A stretch of 64,000 nt of DNA, from contig NC_090383.1 in assembly GCF_036365525.1 (NCBI RefSeq), positions 27,199,914-27,263,913 on the forward strand, given 5' to 3'. The stretch is from Heterodontus francisci (Eukaryota). Below the pieces are notes generated by a model that was not told the origin of the DNA, ran no database searches, and worked only from the letters and a program-made list of their open reading frames with translations. Shown here piece by piece: positions 26,347 through 37,799 of this stretch (positions within the stretch are counted from its first letter, which is position 1; each line of letters opens with the position of its first letter). The translations under genes and the position numbers were made by a program.

Positions 26347-26599
26347 AAGGAGGGGAGGTATATTGCATAGATGTATTCAAGGGGAAGTTAGATAAGCACA
26401 TGAAGAAGAAAGGAACAGAAGGATAAGAGGGGTGAGAGGAGGCTTATGTGGAGTATGAAGACCAGTTTTAGACCTGATGGGCTGAATAGACTGTTTCTGT
26501 GTTGTAAACGCTTTGTAAAACATTTCAAAAAGTCATGAAAGCAGGATTGATGGATTTCCTTTGAACCTTACACCATTCCGCCACCTCATTTAAAGGCTC

Positions 26600-27770
26600 A
26601 ATCATTGAATCATACAGCACAGAAGGAGGCCATTCAATTCAATATGCCTGCATCAGCTCTTTAATAAATCTATCCAATTAATCTCACTCCCCACATAGTT
26701 CCAAGGCCCTACAAATTCTTCCTTTTGAAGTATTTACCCAAATGCCTTTTGAAAGTTACTGTTGAATTTGCTTCCACCACCCTTTCAAGCAGTGTATTCC
26801 AGAACACAACAACTTAAGAACATACGAAATAGGAGCTGGAGTAGGCAGTATGGCACCTTGAGCCTGCCTCATCATTCAGTAAGATCACAGCTGAACTTCT
26901 ACATCAACTCCATTTTCCCACCCTATCCCCACATCTCTTGACTCCCTTAGTGCTTAGAAATCTATCAGTCTTACTCTTGAATATACTCATCATCTCAGCA
27001 TCCAAAGATTCACAACCGTCTGAGTGAAGACATTTCTCCTCATCTCAGTCCTAAATAGCCAACCACTGAACTTGAGACTATGACTTCTAGATCTATACTC
27101 TCCAGCCAGGGGAAGCAGCCTCTTAGCATTTACCCTATCAAGCCCACTAGGAATTTTATATGCTTCAGTGAGATCACCTCGCATTTGACTAAAATCCAGA
27201 GAATGTAGGCCCATTCTACTCAATCATAGGGCACTTCCTCATAGGACAGCCCTCTCATCCCAGGAATCAATCTAATGAACATTCATTGCAACCCTCCAAG
27301 ACAAGTATATCCTTCCTTAGGAAAGGAGACCATAACTGTACACAGTACTCCAGGTGTGGTCTCACCAAAGCCCTATATAATTGCAGAAATTCTTCCTTAC
27401 TCATACGCCAAGTCCCTTGCAATGAAGTCTGATATATCATGTGCCTTCATAATTGCTTGTTGTACCTGCATGTTAACGTTCTGTGATTTGTATACAAGGA
27501 CTTCACAATCTCCCTGCATACCAACATTTATCAATCTCTCGCTTTTAAAAAAAATTCTGCTTTTCCATTTTTCCCATCAAAGTGAATATTTTCACACTTC
27601 CCACATTACACTCCATCCACCACCATCTTGCCCATTTAATTGTTCTATATCCCTTTGCAGCCTCCTTACATCGCCTGTGCTGCTTACTTTGCCACCTAGC
27701 TTTGTATCATCAGCAAACTTGGAAATATTACTCTTTGTCCCTTTATTTAAATCACTGAATACAGATTGTG
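26600..27770 (-). mobile_element. CR1 3' fragments
   Basis: ISKFADDTKLGG (ORF 27592-27804) and FRTEMRRNVFTQTVVNLW (ORF 26990-27223). Confidence 0.8.
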
Positions 27771-27879
27771 TGAGGTCTCCAAGAAATAATCCCCCCCCCC
27801 CCATTTTGTTTATTTTTTCTTTGACATTCTGTGTTTAATATGTAATTTGTTGTAAATATATCTTCTATTAGCCTTCCTG

Positions 27880-28041
27880 CTCCTGGGCAGACTGGTTCAT
27901 TGTCTCTATGGGTGAATTTGGTTGTGAATTGACTTTTAAGAGAATAGAATCATAGAATTTATAGGGTCTATGACTCTTTTCTCTTAAGTCAATTCACAGC
28001 CAAACTCACCCATTGAGACAATAGACCAGTCTGCCCAGGAG
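27880..28041. repeat. Long inverted repeat/hairpin (about 75-bp arms, 10-nt loop)
   Basis: ctcctgggcagactgg...aagagaatagaatcataga-atttataggg-tctatgactcttttctctt...ccagtctgcccaggag. Confidence 0.9.
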
Positions 28042-28639
28042 AGGGACAAACTATGCCTGAAGTAGCAACTTTATCACTTCTTTAAGCTACTCTAGCTAAC
28101 AAACAGTGTCTCTCCTGTTTTACTTTTGTCTCAGGTAAGATGATATATTTCTGATCAGAAATTGTTGTTAAATACTCTATGTTATTATAGCCTATCCTTT
28201 TTGTGATAGCAAGAGGATTATTAGAGACATTGAAATCAGAGAGTAGATAATTTTTCAGTTACATATAAGAAATTGTGTAAGGGATCAGCATAGATTCGAG
28301 GCAACAGAAGAGTTTAGAGAGTGAGTGCTGTGTAATAAGTGTTTATTTGTAGAAAAGTATTTGTTGTATAGTATAACCAAGCAAGAAAGATGTTTACTCG
28401 AGATATAAATTGGATTATGTTTAAGATGTTCGGGACAGTCGCTACCTCATATTTCACATTGACTTTACTTAGAAAGTTTGGTATTACTCCATGCATTGAA
28501 CCAATTTACGATTTTATTATTTCCAATGCCTAGAATAGCCATTACGCATGTGTTAAGGTATATTTCAGTACTGGTATATTTGTTTAGAATCATCTCTCGT
28601 CTGATTCTTTTACCAATTAAACTTAAATCCAGTCTTTTC

Positions 28640-29330
28640 CTCAGGATTACACGTGGATATTCAAAGGAAGCCCCAGAGTTTGGCCAGTTGCTTTATGGTG
28701 CTGTTGCTCCTGTCTGGGAGTTGACTCTTGGCGCCTAAGGTCTCCATGGTGACAGTGCTTCGTTTCGGTTGGTTGTGCCTGGGATTTCCCCGTTCTCTGC
28801 ACTCGGCTGTTCATGTCTGGAATCTCGCTCTCGACTGCCCGGGTCTCGGTCTCTATGGTGACGGGCCGGGTTTTCCAGGCCGCAGGATGTCGACGGGGTC
28901 TAAGGTGGTTCTCGGTGTTTCTGTGGCGCTGACAGCGGGGACCGTGGCCGGAGTCCATCTAAAACAGCAGCTGGACAGAGAGGTGGGTATTTCGAGCTAC
29001 TGAGAGCGAGGTCTAGGCCCGCACGCAGCCTCGGATTGGAACCTCAAGCTTGTTGTCTCCCATTAATGGGGCCCTCAGGATGAAATCCTTTAGGCGGGGA
29101 ATGTGCATTTAATGCCGGTGGCGTTTTAATTTGACCCTGCTGGTTCTGAGGCGACCGTTGGGACACGTGACGTGGGGGAGGGGAATTCTTTATAGGCGCA
29201 TGTGGCCCAGTTTCCTTCGGAGCCCGCGCTGCCTCGGCGAGCGGCCCGATTTAGCATCTGAGGCTGTCCCGATTCCGTTCACGCGTCTGGTCGCCGTTTA
29301 TTCTTTCCTTCTGATCAGCCCCGTAGCTTG
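28640..29330 (+). promoter_or_regulatory. CpG-rich promoter/first-exon region of the PET117(-KAT14) unit
   Basis: Local GC/CpG enrichment around the PET117 ATG. Two X-box-like motifs (28740-28753, 28849-28862) and CACGTG E-boxes near 28649 and 29164. Confidence 0.7.
28887..28982 (+). CDS. PET117: PET117 cytochrome c oxidase assembly factor, coding exon 1
   Basis: MSTGSKVVLGVSVALTAGTVAGVHLKQQLDRE matches the vertebrate PET117 N-terminus. Phase-0 donor GAG|GTGGGT. Confidence 0.95.
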
Positions 29331-29384
29331 GAGTGGAGAAACTCCTATTATAGTGTTTAAGGGTCTGCACACCAAACAACAACA

Positions 29385-31370
29385 ATCATAGAATGCGTAC
29401 AGTACAAAAGGGGGCCATTCGGCCCGTCGTGTCCATGTCCCCTTTCTACAAGAGTAACTCACCGAGTCCCAATCCCCTGTCCTTTCCCTGCAGTCCTGCA
29501 TTTCCCCCCTTCTGATAATTATCCAATTCCTATTTGAAAACCACGATTGACTCTGCCACCGCTTCCCTTTCAGGTAGTGCATTCCAGATCCTAATCACTT
29601 GCTGCGTTTTAAAAAAAAAAAAGTTTTACCTTGGATCACTTTTGGTTCTTTTGCCATTCACTTTGAATCAGTGTCCTCTGTTTTTCACCCCCTTCTGCCA
29701 ATGAGAATAGTTTTTTTCTGTCTCCTCTGCCCAGACATCTCATGATTTTGAACACCTCTATCAAATCTCTCAACCTTCTCTTTAAGCAGAACAACCCCAG
29801 CTTTTCCAATCTATCCATGTAGCTGAAATCCCTCATCGCTGGAACTATTCTCAAACCTTTTCAGCACCTTCCTAAAGTGCAGTACCCAGAAATACACACA
29901 ATACTCCAATTGTGGCTGAATGTGTGTTTTATAAAGGTTCATCATAACTTAGTTGCTTTTGTACTTCATGCCACTATTTATAAAGCTCAGGATCCCTTAT
30001 GCCTTTTTAACCACTTTCTCAACCTGCCCTGCCACCTTTAGTGATTTTTGCTCGGGTTTCTCTGTTCATGCACCCCATTTAGCATTGTATCCTTTAGTTT
30101 ATATTGCCTATCCTCAGTTTTCCTACCAAGATGTATTACTTTGCAGTTCTTTGCATTAAATTTCATCTGTTATGTGTTTTCTCATTCCAGCAGCTGGTCT
30201 GTATTCTCTTGAAGTCTATCTCCTCTTCCTTCCAGGTTTTTATTTATTTATTTTATTTTATTTATTTAGAGATACAGCACTGAAACAGGCCCTTCGGCCA
30301 CCAAGTCTGTGCCGCCCATCGACCAGCTATTTATACTAATCCTACATGAATCCCATATTCCTACCACATCCTCACAATTCCCCTACCACCTATCTATACT
30401 AGGTATATACTATACTAGGGGCAATTTATAATGGCTAATTTACCTATCAACCTTCAAGTCTTTGGCTGTGGGAGGAAACCGGAGCCCCCGGCGGAAACCC
30501 ACACGGTCACAGGGAGAACTTGCAAACTCCGCACAGGCAGTACCCAGAATCGAACCCGGGTAGCTGGAGCTGTGAGGCTGCGGTGCTAACCACTGCGCCA
30601 CTGTGTGTATCATCTGCAAATTTTGAAATTATCCTCTGTACACCCAAGTCTTAAGACATATCAAAAAAAGCAGTGGTCTTTGTACCACCCCTGAGGAACA
30701 CCATTGTAAACCTTCCTTCAGTCTGAAACAACTGTTTATCGCTGCTCTCAGTCACTTAGCCAATTTAGTATTCATGCTGCCACTGTCCCTTTTATTCCAT
30801 GGGCTTCAACTTTGCTGGAAGCCTATTGTATGGCACTGTTGAAAGTTCTGAACACACTTCAGAGACTCTTTCCTCTCTCTGCAGTTTATATTATCATCCC
30901 AGTCTACATTAGGATAATTAAATGCCCCCATTATCACTACAGTATAGATGTTGCACCTCTGTAATTTCCCTGCAAATTTGCTTCTCTATATTTATCCCAC
31001 TATTTGGTGGACTATAGAATGCATCCAGTCGTCTAATAACATATATTGTTTCTTAACTCTGTAAACAAATAGATTCTGTCCTCGACCTCTCCAAGAGATT
31101 CCCTTCTCTCCAGCACTTTAATATTCTCCTTAATCAATACTGCCACCCCTCCTCCTTTCTTTGCTTCCCTGTCTTTCCTGAACACCTTGTATCCAAGGAC
31201 ATTTAGTACCCAGCTCTGTAGTTTTTTGAGCCAGGTCTCTGTTATTCCTACAGCATTGTATTCCCATTTGGCTACCTGCGTCTGCAGCTCACCAACTTTA
31301 TTTACCTCGCTTTGTATGTTTTCATACATGCACTGTAAACCTAATTTAGACCTTCTTGTATTCTCTTCTA
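29385..31370 (-). mobile_element. CR1 fragments (3' end, RT, APE) with a nested V-SINE at 30236-30605
   Basis: VGITETWL...RKDR...GGGVAVLIK (APE, ORF 31033-31329) and RLEKLGLF (ORF 29636-29854). The SINE matches 24987-25318. Confidence 0.8.
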
Positions 31371-31472
31371 GTTTGACCCCTCTCAGTGTCTACCCTGAGA
31401 TTACCTATTAAATGGTTCTAAGGTATTTGCTGCCTCTACCCATGAGTTTTTTTTACTCTTGGTTTTTTAAAA

Positions 31473-31794
31473 TTTTATTTTATTTATTTATTTAGAGATA
31501 CAGCACTGAAACAGGCCCTTCGGCCCACCGAGTCTGTGCCGACTAACAACCACCCATTTATACTAACCCTATAGTAATCCCATATTCCCTATCACCTCCC
31601 TACACTAGGGGCAATTTACAACGGCCAATTTACCTATCACCTGCAAGTCTTTTGGATGTGGGAGGAAAGCGGAGCACCCGGCGAAAACCCACGCAGACAC
31701 AGGGAGAACTTGCAAACTCTGCACAGGCAGTCCCCAGAATCGAACCCGGGTCCCTGGAGCTGTGAGGCTGCGGTGCTAACCACTGCGCTGCCCA
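31473..31794 (-). mobile_element. HE1/V-SINE-like SINE
   Basis: Reverse complement of the 24987-25318 copy. Confidence 0.9.
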
Positions 31795-31859
31795 TTATGG
31801 TCTTATAAATATATTTTGTTAGTCTGGACCATCTCCATTTGTTTTACTCCTGTAATGTT

Positions 31860-32379
31860 TCAAGAGATCACCCAGTCGGCACTTCTGCCTGAAGATGGTT
31901 GCAAATGTTTCAGCCTTGTCTTTTCCACAGAGGTGCTGGGTTCCGCCATCATTGAGAATGAGGATGTTTGTGGAGCCTCCTTCTCCAGTTTGTTTAATTG
32001 TCCACCACCATTCACAGTTGGATGTGGAAGGACTGTAGAGCTTTGATCTGATCCGTTGGTTGTGGGATCGCTTAGCTCTCTCTGTAGCATGCTGCTTTCA
32101 CTGTTTAATATGCACGTAGTGCTGTGTTGTAGATTCACCAGGTCGGCAGCTCATATTTAGGTATACCTGGCATGCTCTCCACCATTGAAGCAGGATTGGT
32201 CCTCTGGCTTGACAGTAATGGTCGAGTGAGGGATATGTCAGACCGTGAGATTACAGATTGTGGTTGAATACAATTCTGCTGCAGTTTATGGCTTACAGTG
32301 TCTCATTGATGCCCAGTTTTTAGTAGCTGGATTTGTTCTGAATCTATTCCATTTAGCATGGTTGTAGTGCCACACAGCA
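31860..32379 (-). mobile_element. Internal fragment of the tRNA-headed CR1-group LINE family
   Basis: Reverse-complement similarity to about 3335-3855. Confidence 0.75.
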
Positions 32380-33835
32380 TGTCATGAAGACCCCCACCTG
32401 CCAAGAATGAGGCATATTAATTTTGTCATATGGACATTAATTTTAAACTAAAACAAGAAATGATGGAACCAAACAGCAGGTCTGGCAGCATCTGTGAAAA
32501 GAGAAGCAGCGTTAACGTTTCGGGTCAGTGACCCTTCTTCGGAACTGACAAATATTAGAAAAGTCACAGGTTATAAGCAAGTGAGGTGGGGGTGGGGCAA
32601 GAGATAACAAAGGAGGTCTAGATTGGACCAGGCCACATAGCTGACCAAAAGGTCACGGAGCAAAGGCAAACAATATGTTAATGGTGTGTTGAAAGACAAA
32701 GCATTAGTACAGATTAGGTGTTAATACACTGAATATTGAACAGCAGCAAGTGCAAACCTGAAAAAAAATAGTGGGTAAGCATACTGAACAAACTAAGATG
32801 AAATGAAATAAATGCAAAAAAAAGATGGTAAAAAATGTAAAAAAGAATGAAAAAAAGAAAAAATAACTAAAAATGAAAGTAAAATGGTGGGCTGTCATGC
32901 TCTGAAATTATTGAACTCAATGTTCAGTCCGGCAGGCTGTAGTGTGCCTAATCGGTAAATGAGATGCTGTTCCTCGAGCTTGCGTTGATAATTTTAAACT
33001 GTTGCTGGAGTGAAGAAATGACTTGTTTTACAAGAGATCACCAGACACTTGGTTGGAAGAACATTTGCATACTAAGAGACGGTGCTTGGAGGGACAAAGA
33101 ATTGCTCACTGATTCAGTTAACAGATTGGGCTGGGCAATGGTGATCCACATCTTTGGGCAAGAGACAGCACTACACAGACCCCTCCCCCCCCCCCCCTCA
33201 CCACCACCACTGAGAGCTTTAGAATCCACAAACGCAGAAGTGGTTATACCAGCTGGTCACATGACAAACCTGCTGGTCCAAGCTTTTTGAACAAGACACA
33301 GGCCAGCTTGGGGCCAGACTGCAGATTGTAACTGAACCTGGAACCTGGCTGGCGCTCTCACTTTCTCACACGCCTCCGGATGCACTGCAGACATGTAAAT
33401 CTCGAGAGAAAAGGCTCCTACATCAAAACAAGTTAAAGCGTGAACAGCAAGACTTACCGGCAACCAAAGACTCCCCATTGAACTCAAAAGACCGTAAATA
33501 ACTACCAGATGTTGCCTCAAACTTTTCCCCTTTATTCTTTCTAGGTTTTTTGTCTCTAACAGTGTGTGTGTTTATCATGTATGCATGCTAGCATGGTTGC
33601 GTCGCATATTTGTAGTCGTTAACTGAATTAGAGTTTAAAATTAATAAACTTCCACCTTCCTTGTTTAAGAAAACCTGTCTAATTGATTTCTTTGCCTTAC
33701 AATTGGAAAGTGGCGAACAAGGATTCACTGAGGGGGAGCTAAAACACAGTGTTTCTAAAATTAAACCCTGTTATGGTTAAACCAGGCAAAGGCTGAGAGG
33801 GAACCCCTAGACCCTTTTCTCACCTGGTTATAACA
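32380..33835 (+). mobile_element. Solo LTR interrupted by a Penelope fragment
   Basis: TGTCATG...ATAACA termini and AATAAA at about 33643; no clean TSD. Confidence 0.65.
32450..32988 (-). mobile_element. Penelope-like 3' fragment with 12-bp TSD and hammerhead-like core
   Basis: TSD TAATTTTAAACT at 32438-32449 and 32989-33000. Minus strand reads ..RKLEEQHLIYRLGTLQPAGLNIEFNNFR (Penelope EN end) and contains TCCGAAGA-AGGGTCACTGACCC-GAAACGTTAAC. Confidence 0.85.
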
Positions 33836-34643
33836 GTATCCTTGGTGTGAAGATTGAGTAAACTAGGCCTATACACCCTGAAGTTTTGAAGAATGAGTTG
33901 TGTTCTAATTTATATAAAATTCTTAGGAGACTGGACAGGGTAGATGCAGAGAAAATGTTTCCGCTGGCCAAATGGCCTCCTGTGCTGCAAAAGTTCTATG
34001 TTTCTAAAACTCTGCACCTTTTAGTGGGGCCGCCATGGAATGAGGTATGGTGTGCCTACTCGTTTTGTTATCTGGGAGATAGCGCAAATGCACGCACTCA
34101 TTTTATGTTGAGCTGCTCACGCTGCCAGTCAGGTGATGTTTCTAGTAGCTACTGTCCATCTAGTAAGGACTCCAACCCACTCTTACCAGTTATCTAATGA
34201 CCAACTAATTAATATTCAGATTTCCTTGTGGTTGACTTAAATAGATCAAACACTGCATAAGAACATAGGAAATAGGAGCCAGAGTAAGCCATTTAGCCCT
34301 TCAAGCCTGCTCCACCATTCAACAAGATCATGGCTGATCTTTTACCTCACCTCCACCTTTCAGCACAATCCCCACATCCCTTAATTCCCATAGTGATGCT
34401 CCACACCTTTTGGTATCAAGCATTTATTGAGTATTTACTTGCCTTGTTTGCTGTCTCCAAATGCATTACCCGACGTTTCTCCGGATTAAATTCCATTTGC
34501 CACTTTTCTGCCCACCTGACCAGCCCTTTAATATCTTCCTGCAGTCTACAGCTTTCTTCCTCACTATCAACTATCAATTTTTGTATCTACTGACTTCTTA
34601 ATCATGCCCCCTACATTTTAGTCTTATTCATTGATGTACACCA

Positions 34644-34862
34644 GGGGGGCCGGTTAGCTCAGTTGGCTAGACACCTAGAGTATGATGCAGAAAGACACCA
34701 ACAGTGTGGTTTCAGTCCCCGTACTGGCTGTGGTAGCTCATGGAGGCCTGCCTCTTCACCTTACCCCATGCTTGAGGAGTGGTGAGCCTCAAGCTGTACA
34801 TCACCAACTGTTTCTCTGTAATGGTGAGAGATGCCGGTGGTCCTTTGGGACTATGGCTAGAA
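34644..34862 (+). mobile_element. tRNA-derived SINE with 15-bp TSD
   Basis: Head gggggccggttagctcagttgg...ggtttcagtccc; TSD CATTGATGTACACCA at 34629-34643 and 34863-34877. Confidence 0.85.
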
Positions 34863-35499
34863 CATTGATGTACACCACAAATGGCAAGAATTCTAGTTCT
34901 GAGCCCTGCGGAATCCCATTGGCTTGCAATCACAGAAAGACCCATCCATCATTGCTCTTTGCGTCATGCCTTTAAGTCAATTTTATAGAGTTATACAGCA
35001 CAGAAACAGGCCCTTTGGCCCACTGTGTCCATGCCAGCCATCAAGCACCAATCTATTCTAATCTGATTTTCCAGCACTTGGCACGTAACCTTATATGCAA
35101 GTGTTTCAAGTGCTCATCTAAATACTTCTTAAATGTTGGTTCCTGCCCAATTGCCTTTGGACTCAATGAGCTCTTATCTTTCTGACCAGTCTTCCATGTG
35201 GGTCCTTGTCAAAAGCTTCACGAAATCCACATAGACTACATCAAACATGCTACCCTCCTTGTTGGCTCCTCTGAAAATACAATCTATTTAATCAAACACA
35301 ACCTTCCCTTAACAAATCCATGCTGACTGCCCTCAATTAATCTGTGCTTTTCTAAATGACGATTTATACTGTCCCTCAGAATTTTTTCCGACAATTAACT
35401 GGCTTATAATTAGTTGGTCTGTCCATTGCTCCCTTGGTTAAACAGCAGTACAATGTTAGCAGTCCTTGGGCACCACACCTGTAACCAGAGAGGATTGGA

Positions 35500-36690
35500 A
35501 AATGGTGGTCAGGCGAAAATGGCAGTAGGTGATCCATTGAATGTCAAGGTCGTTGGTGAGGAAGAAAACCTTATCGTGGTTCTAGGAGGTGGGGAAAGGA
35601 GTGAGCAGAAGTGTGGGAGATGGCACGGACACAGTCGAGGTCCCTGTCAACGAACGTGGAGGGGAATCCTCAGTTGAGGTAAAAGGAAGACATATCGGAA
35701 GTGCTGGTATGGACAGTTGCAACATCAGAACAGACCCGCCGTTGACTGAGAAACTAGAGGAATCGAATAGAATCCTTTAAAGCAGTCAGGTGTGAAGAAG
35801 TGTAGCCGTGGGAGTCAGCGGGCATAGTGAATATTGTTTGATAACCTATCCCTAGTAATAGATATAGAGATATGAGGAAAGGAAAAGTCCCCACAACCAT
35901 ATGAAGGCGAGGGAAGGGTAGAAATTGGAAGTAAAGTTTGATGAAATTTTCCTGTTCAGGGCGAGAGCAGAAAATGACACCAATGCATTTATCAAAGTGA
36001 TGGTAAAGAAGTGAGGGAGGGGCCCCAAGTAGGATTTGAACAGAGAATGTTCTATGTATCCTATAAAAATGCAGGCATAGCTGAGATCCATATGCATTAC
36101 CTACCATAGCGATGCCTTTTATTTGGAGGAAGTGAATGGAATTAAAGGAGAAGTTGTTCAATGTGAGAACAAGTTCAGTCAGGTGGAATAAACCAAACTG
36201 GTGGAGGATGGAGGTGTCGAAATATTGGATGTCCATGGTGGATATAAGATGGTTAGGGCTTGAAAACTGCTAAAATGGTGCAGTGTGTCTCAGAAGCATC
36301 CTGGATGTAGGTGGGAAAAGACTGGACAGGGGAGAAAAAATGAGAGTCGAGATAGGAAGAAATTAGTTCTGTGGAGCAAGGATAGTGAGTTGGTGCCGCT
36401 GAAAAGAGAAATTGAGAGTGTGCATGTGGTGGCATATGGCATTGAGTGTTGAACTCTGGATGCGATGAGAGCAGTGGTTGGAGGAATGCTGAATATCTTG
36501 GAGATATATGTAATCATGGCTGGATGGGAAATATTAAAGGTGAAATTTCAGTTGGATTCCACATGGAATAAGTTGGAGTGGAAGGCAGTTGTTGAGGAAG
36601 GAAATGTGGCTATGAAAGCAAGTTTTAATTGCTACCTTCCTACCCCAGTTGATTTTAGTGGCTGTTATGATTGTGATCTGTTTGACTGAA
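35500..36690 (-). mobile_element. Penelope-like element RT region, decayed
   Basis: LTELVLTLNNFSFNSIHFLQIKGIAM and M.LSYACIFIG motifs of Penelope RT. Confidence 0.75.
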
Positions 36691-37799
36691 CATCTGTTTA
36701 TTTTTCCCATCTGCAGGTGCATTCTCTTGGGCATAGTATGTATCCTCATTAGAATCCTTCCACAGTAAAATAAGTTTGCCCTTAAACAGAATTCTTAATG
36801 TTGCTTTTTCAGATCCCAGTCAATTGTAGCCTCAAAGAAAGGCTATGATACTTGCTTTCATTTAATTCAAGAGCCCATAAAGGTATGGTATTGCAGCATT
36901 GGAATATCATTGCAGTTTTCCCTGGTTTTTATCACCAGCATGGTACACACCATGTGTGGGTTCTTTGTAAAGAAACAGGATTCCTGGGACTAACTGGGAC
37001 ATCTCTTCCTCCTTTCTTTTGGCATAAGAGGCCGAAGGTTCTTCCATTATTGTATTGTGCAATATGGATTCTTCCTGAAGCCATCATATTTTAGGTAATA
37101 TTGAGCTCAGTTAAGGATGACTCTTGTCATTATAAGATTTAGGGTCTTCACTTTTTCCAGATAAATGAGGATACTCTTGCTAAAATAGCCCATTGCTGAA
37201 GCGAATATGTTCTCATGTGATCTGCATAATTTTCAATACAAGAATTGTGGTCTGCGGGATAGATTTTTACAAGGCGCTGCACTGGACACATTTGGCATTG
37301 ACAATTTGTCAGTGCTATCATCATATATACATGTGAAGGGACTTCATTCATGAAATTGCAACTCTGAGATTGCTTGCAGCTTCCAAGCTTTTAGAATCTA
37401 TTGCTTTTTATTAAGTTACCTCCGTTGAAGCTACTGAAATAACCTTCAAAGTCACCGCTTGGACACTTTTGTTGAGGCTACCCCACGATCATCTTCATGC
37501 TCTTCTGCAGCATTCCATGTGATCTCCACCTTGACAGAGGAGATACTTGTGACAAGTTATTAGTACCAGATCATGTTTATGACGCGCCAACTTTGAATCC
37601 TTTCATCTTGATCGGAGCAATGGGCCAAATGTGTTGTATGATTCTAGCAAAATGCGAATGATTCCACTTTCTGATACATTATGCTTTTTGCAGACTGAGA
37701 TCTGATGACTGGAATTTTTATTTCACTATTACGGAAATGATGGAGCTTCCAGTTATGAATTGTGTCTGCAGCAAAATGCAATACTGTTCCTAAATATAT

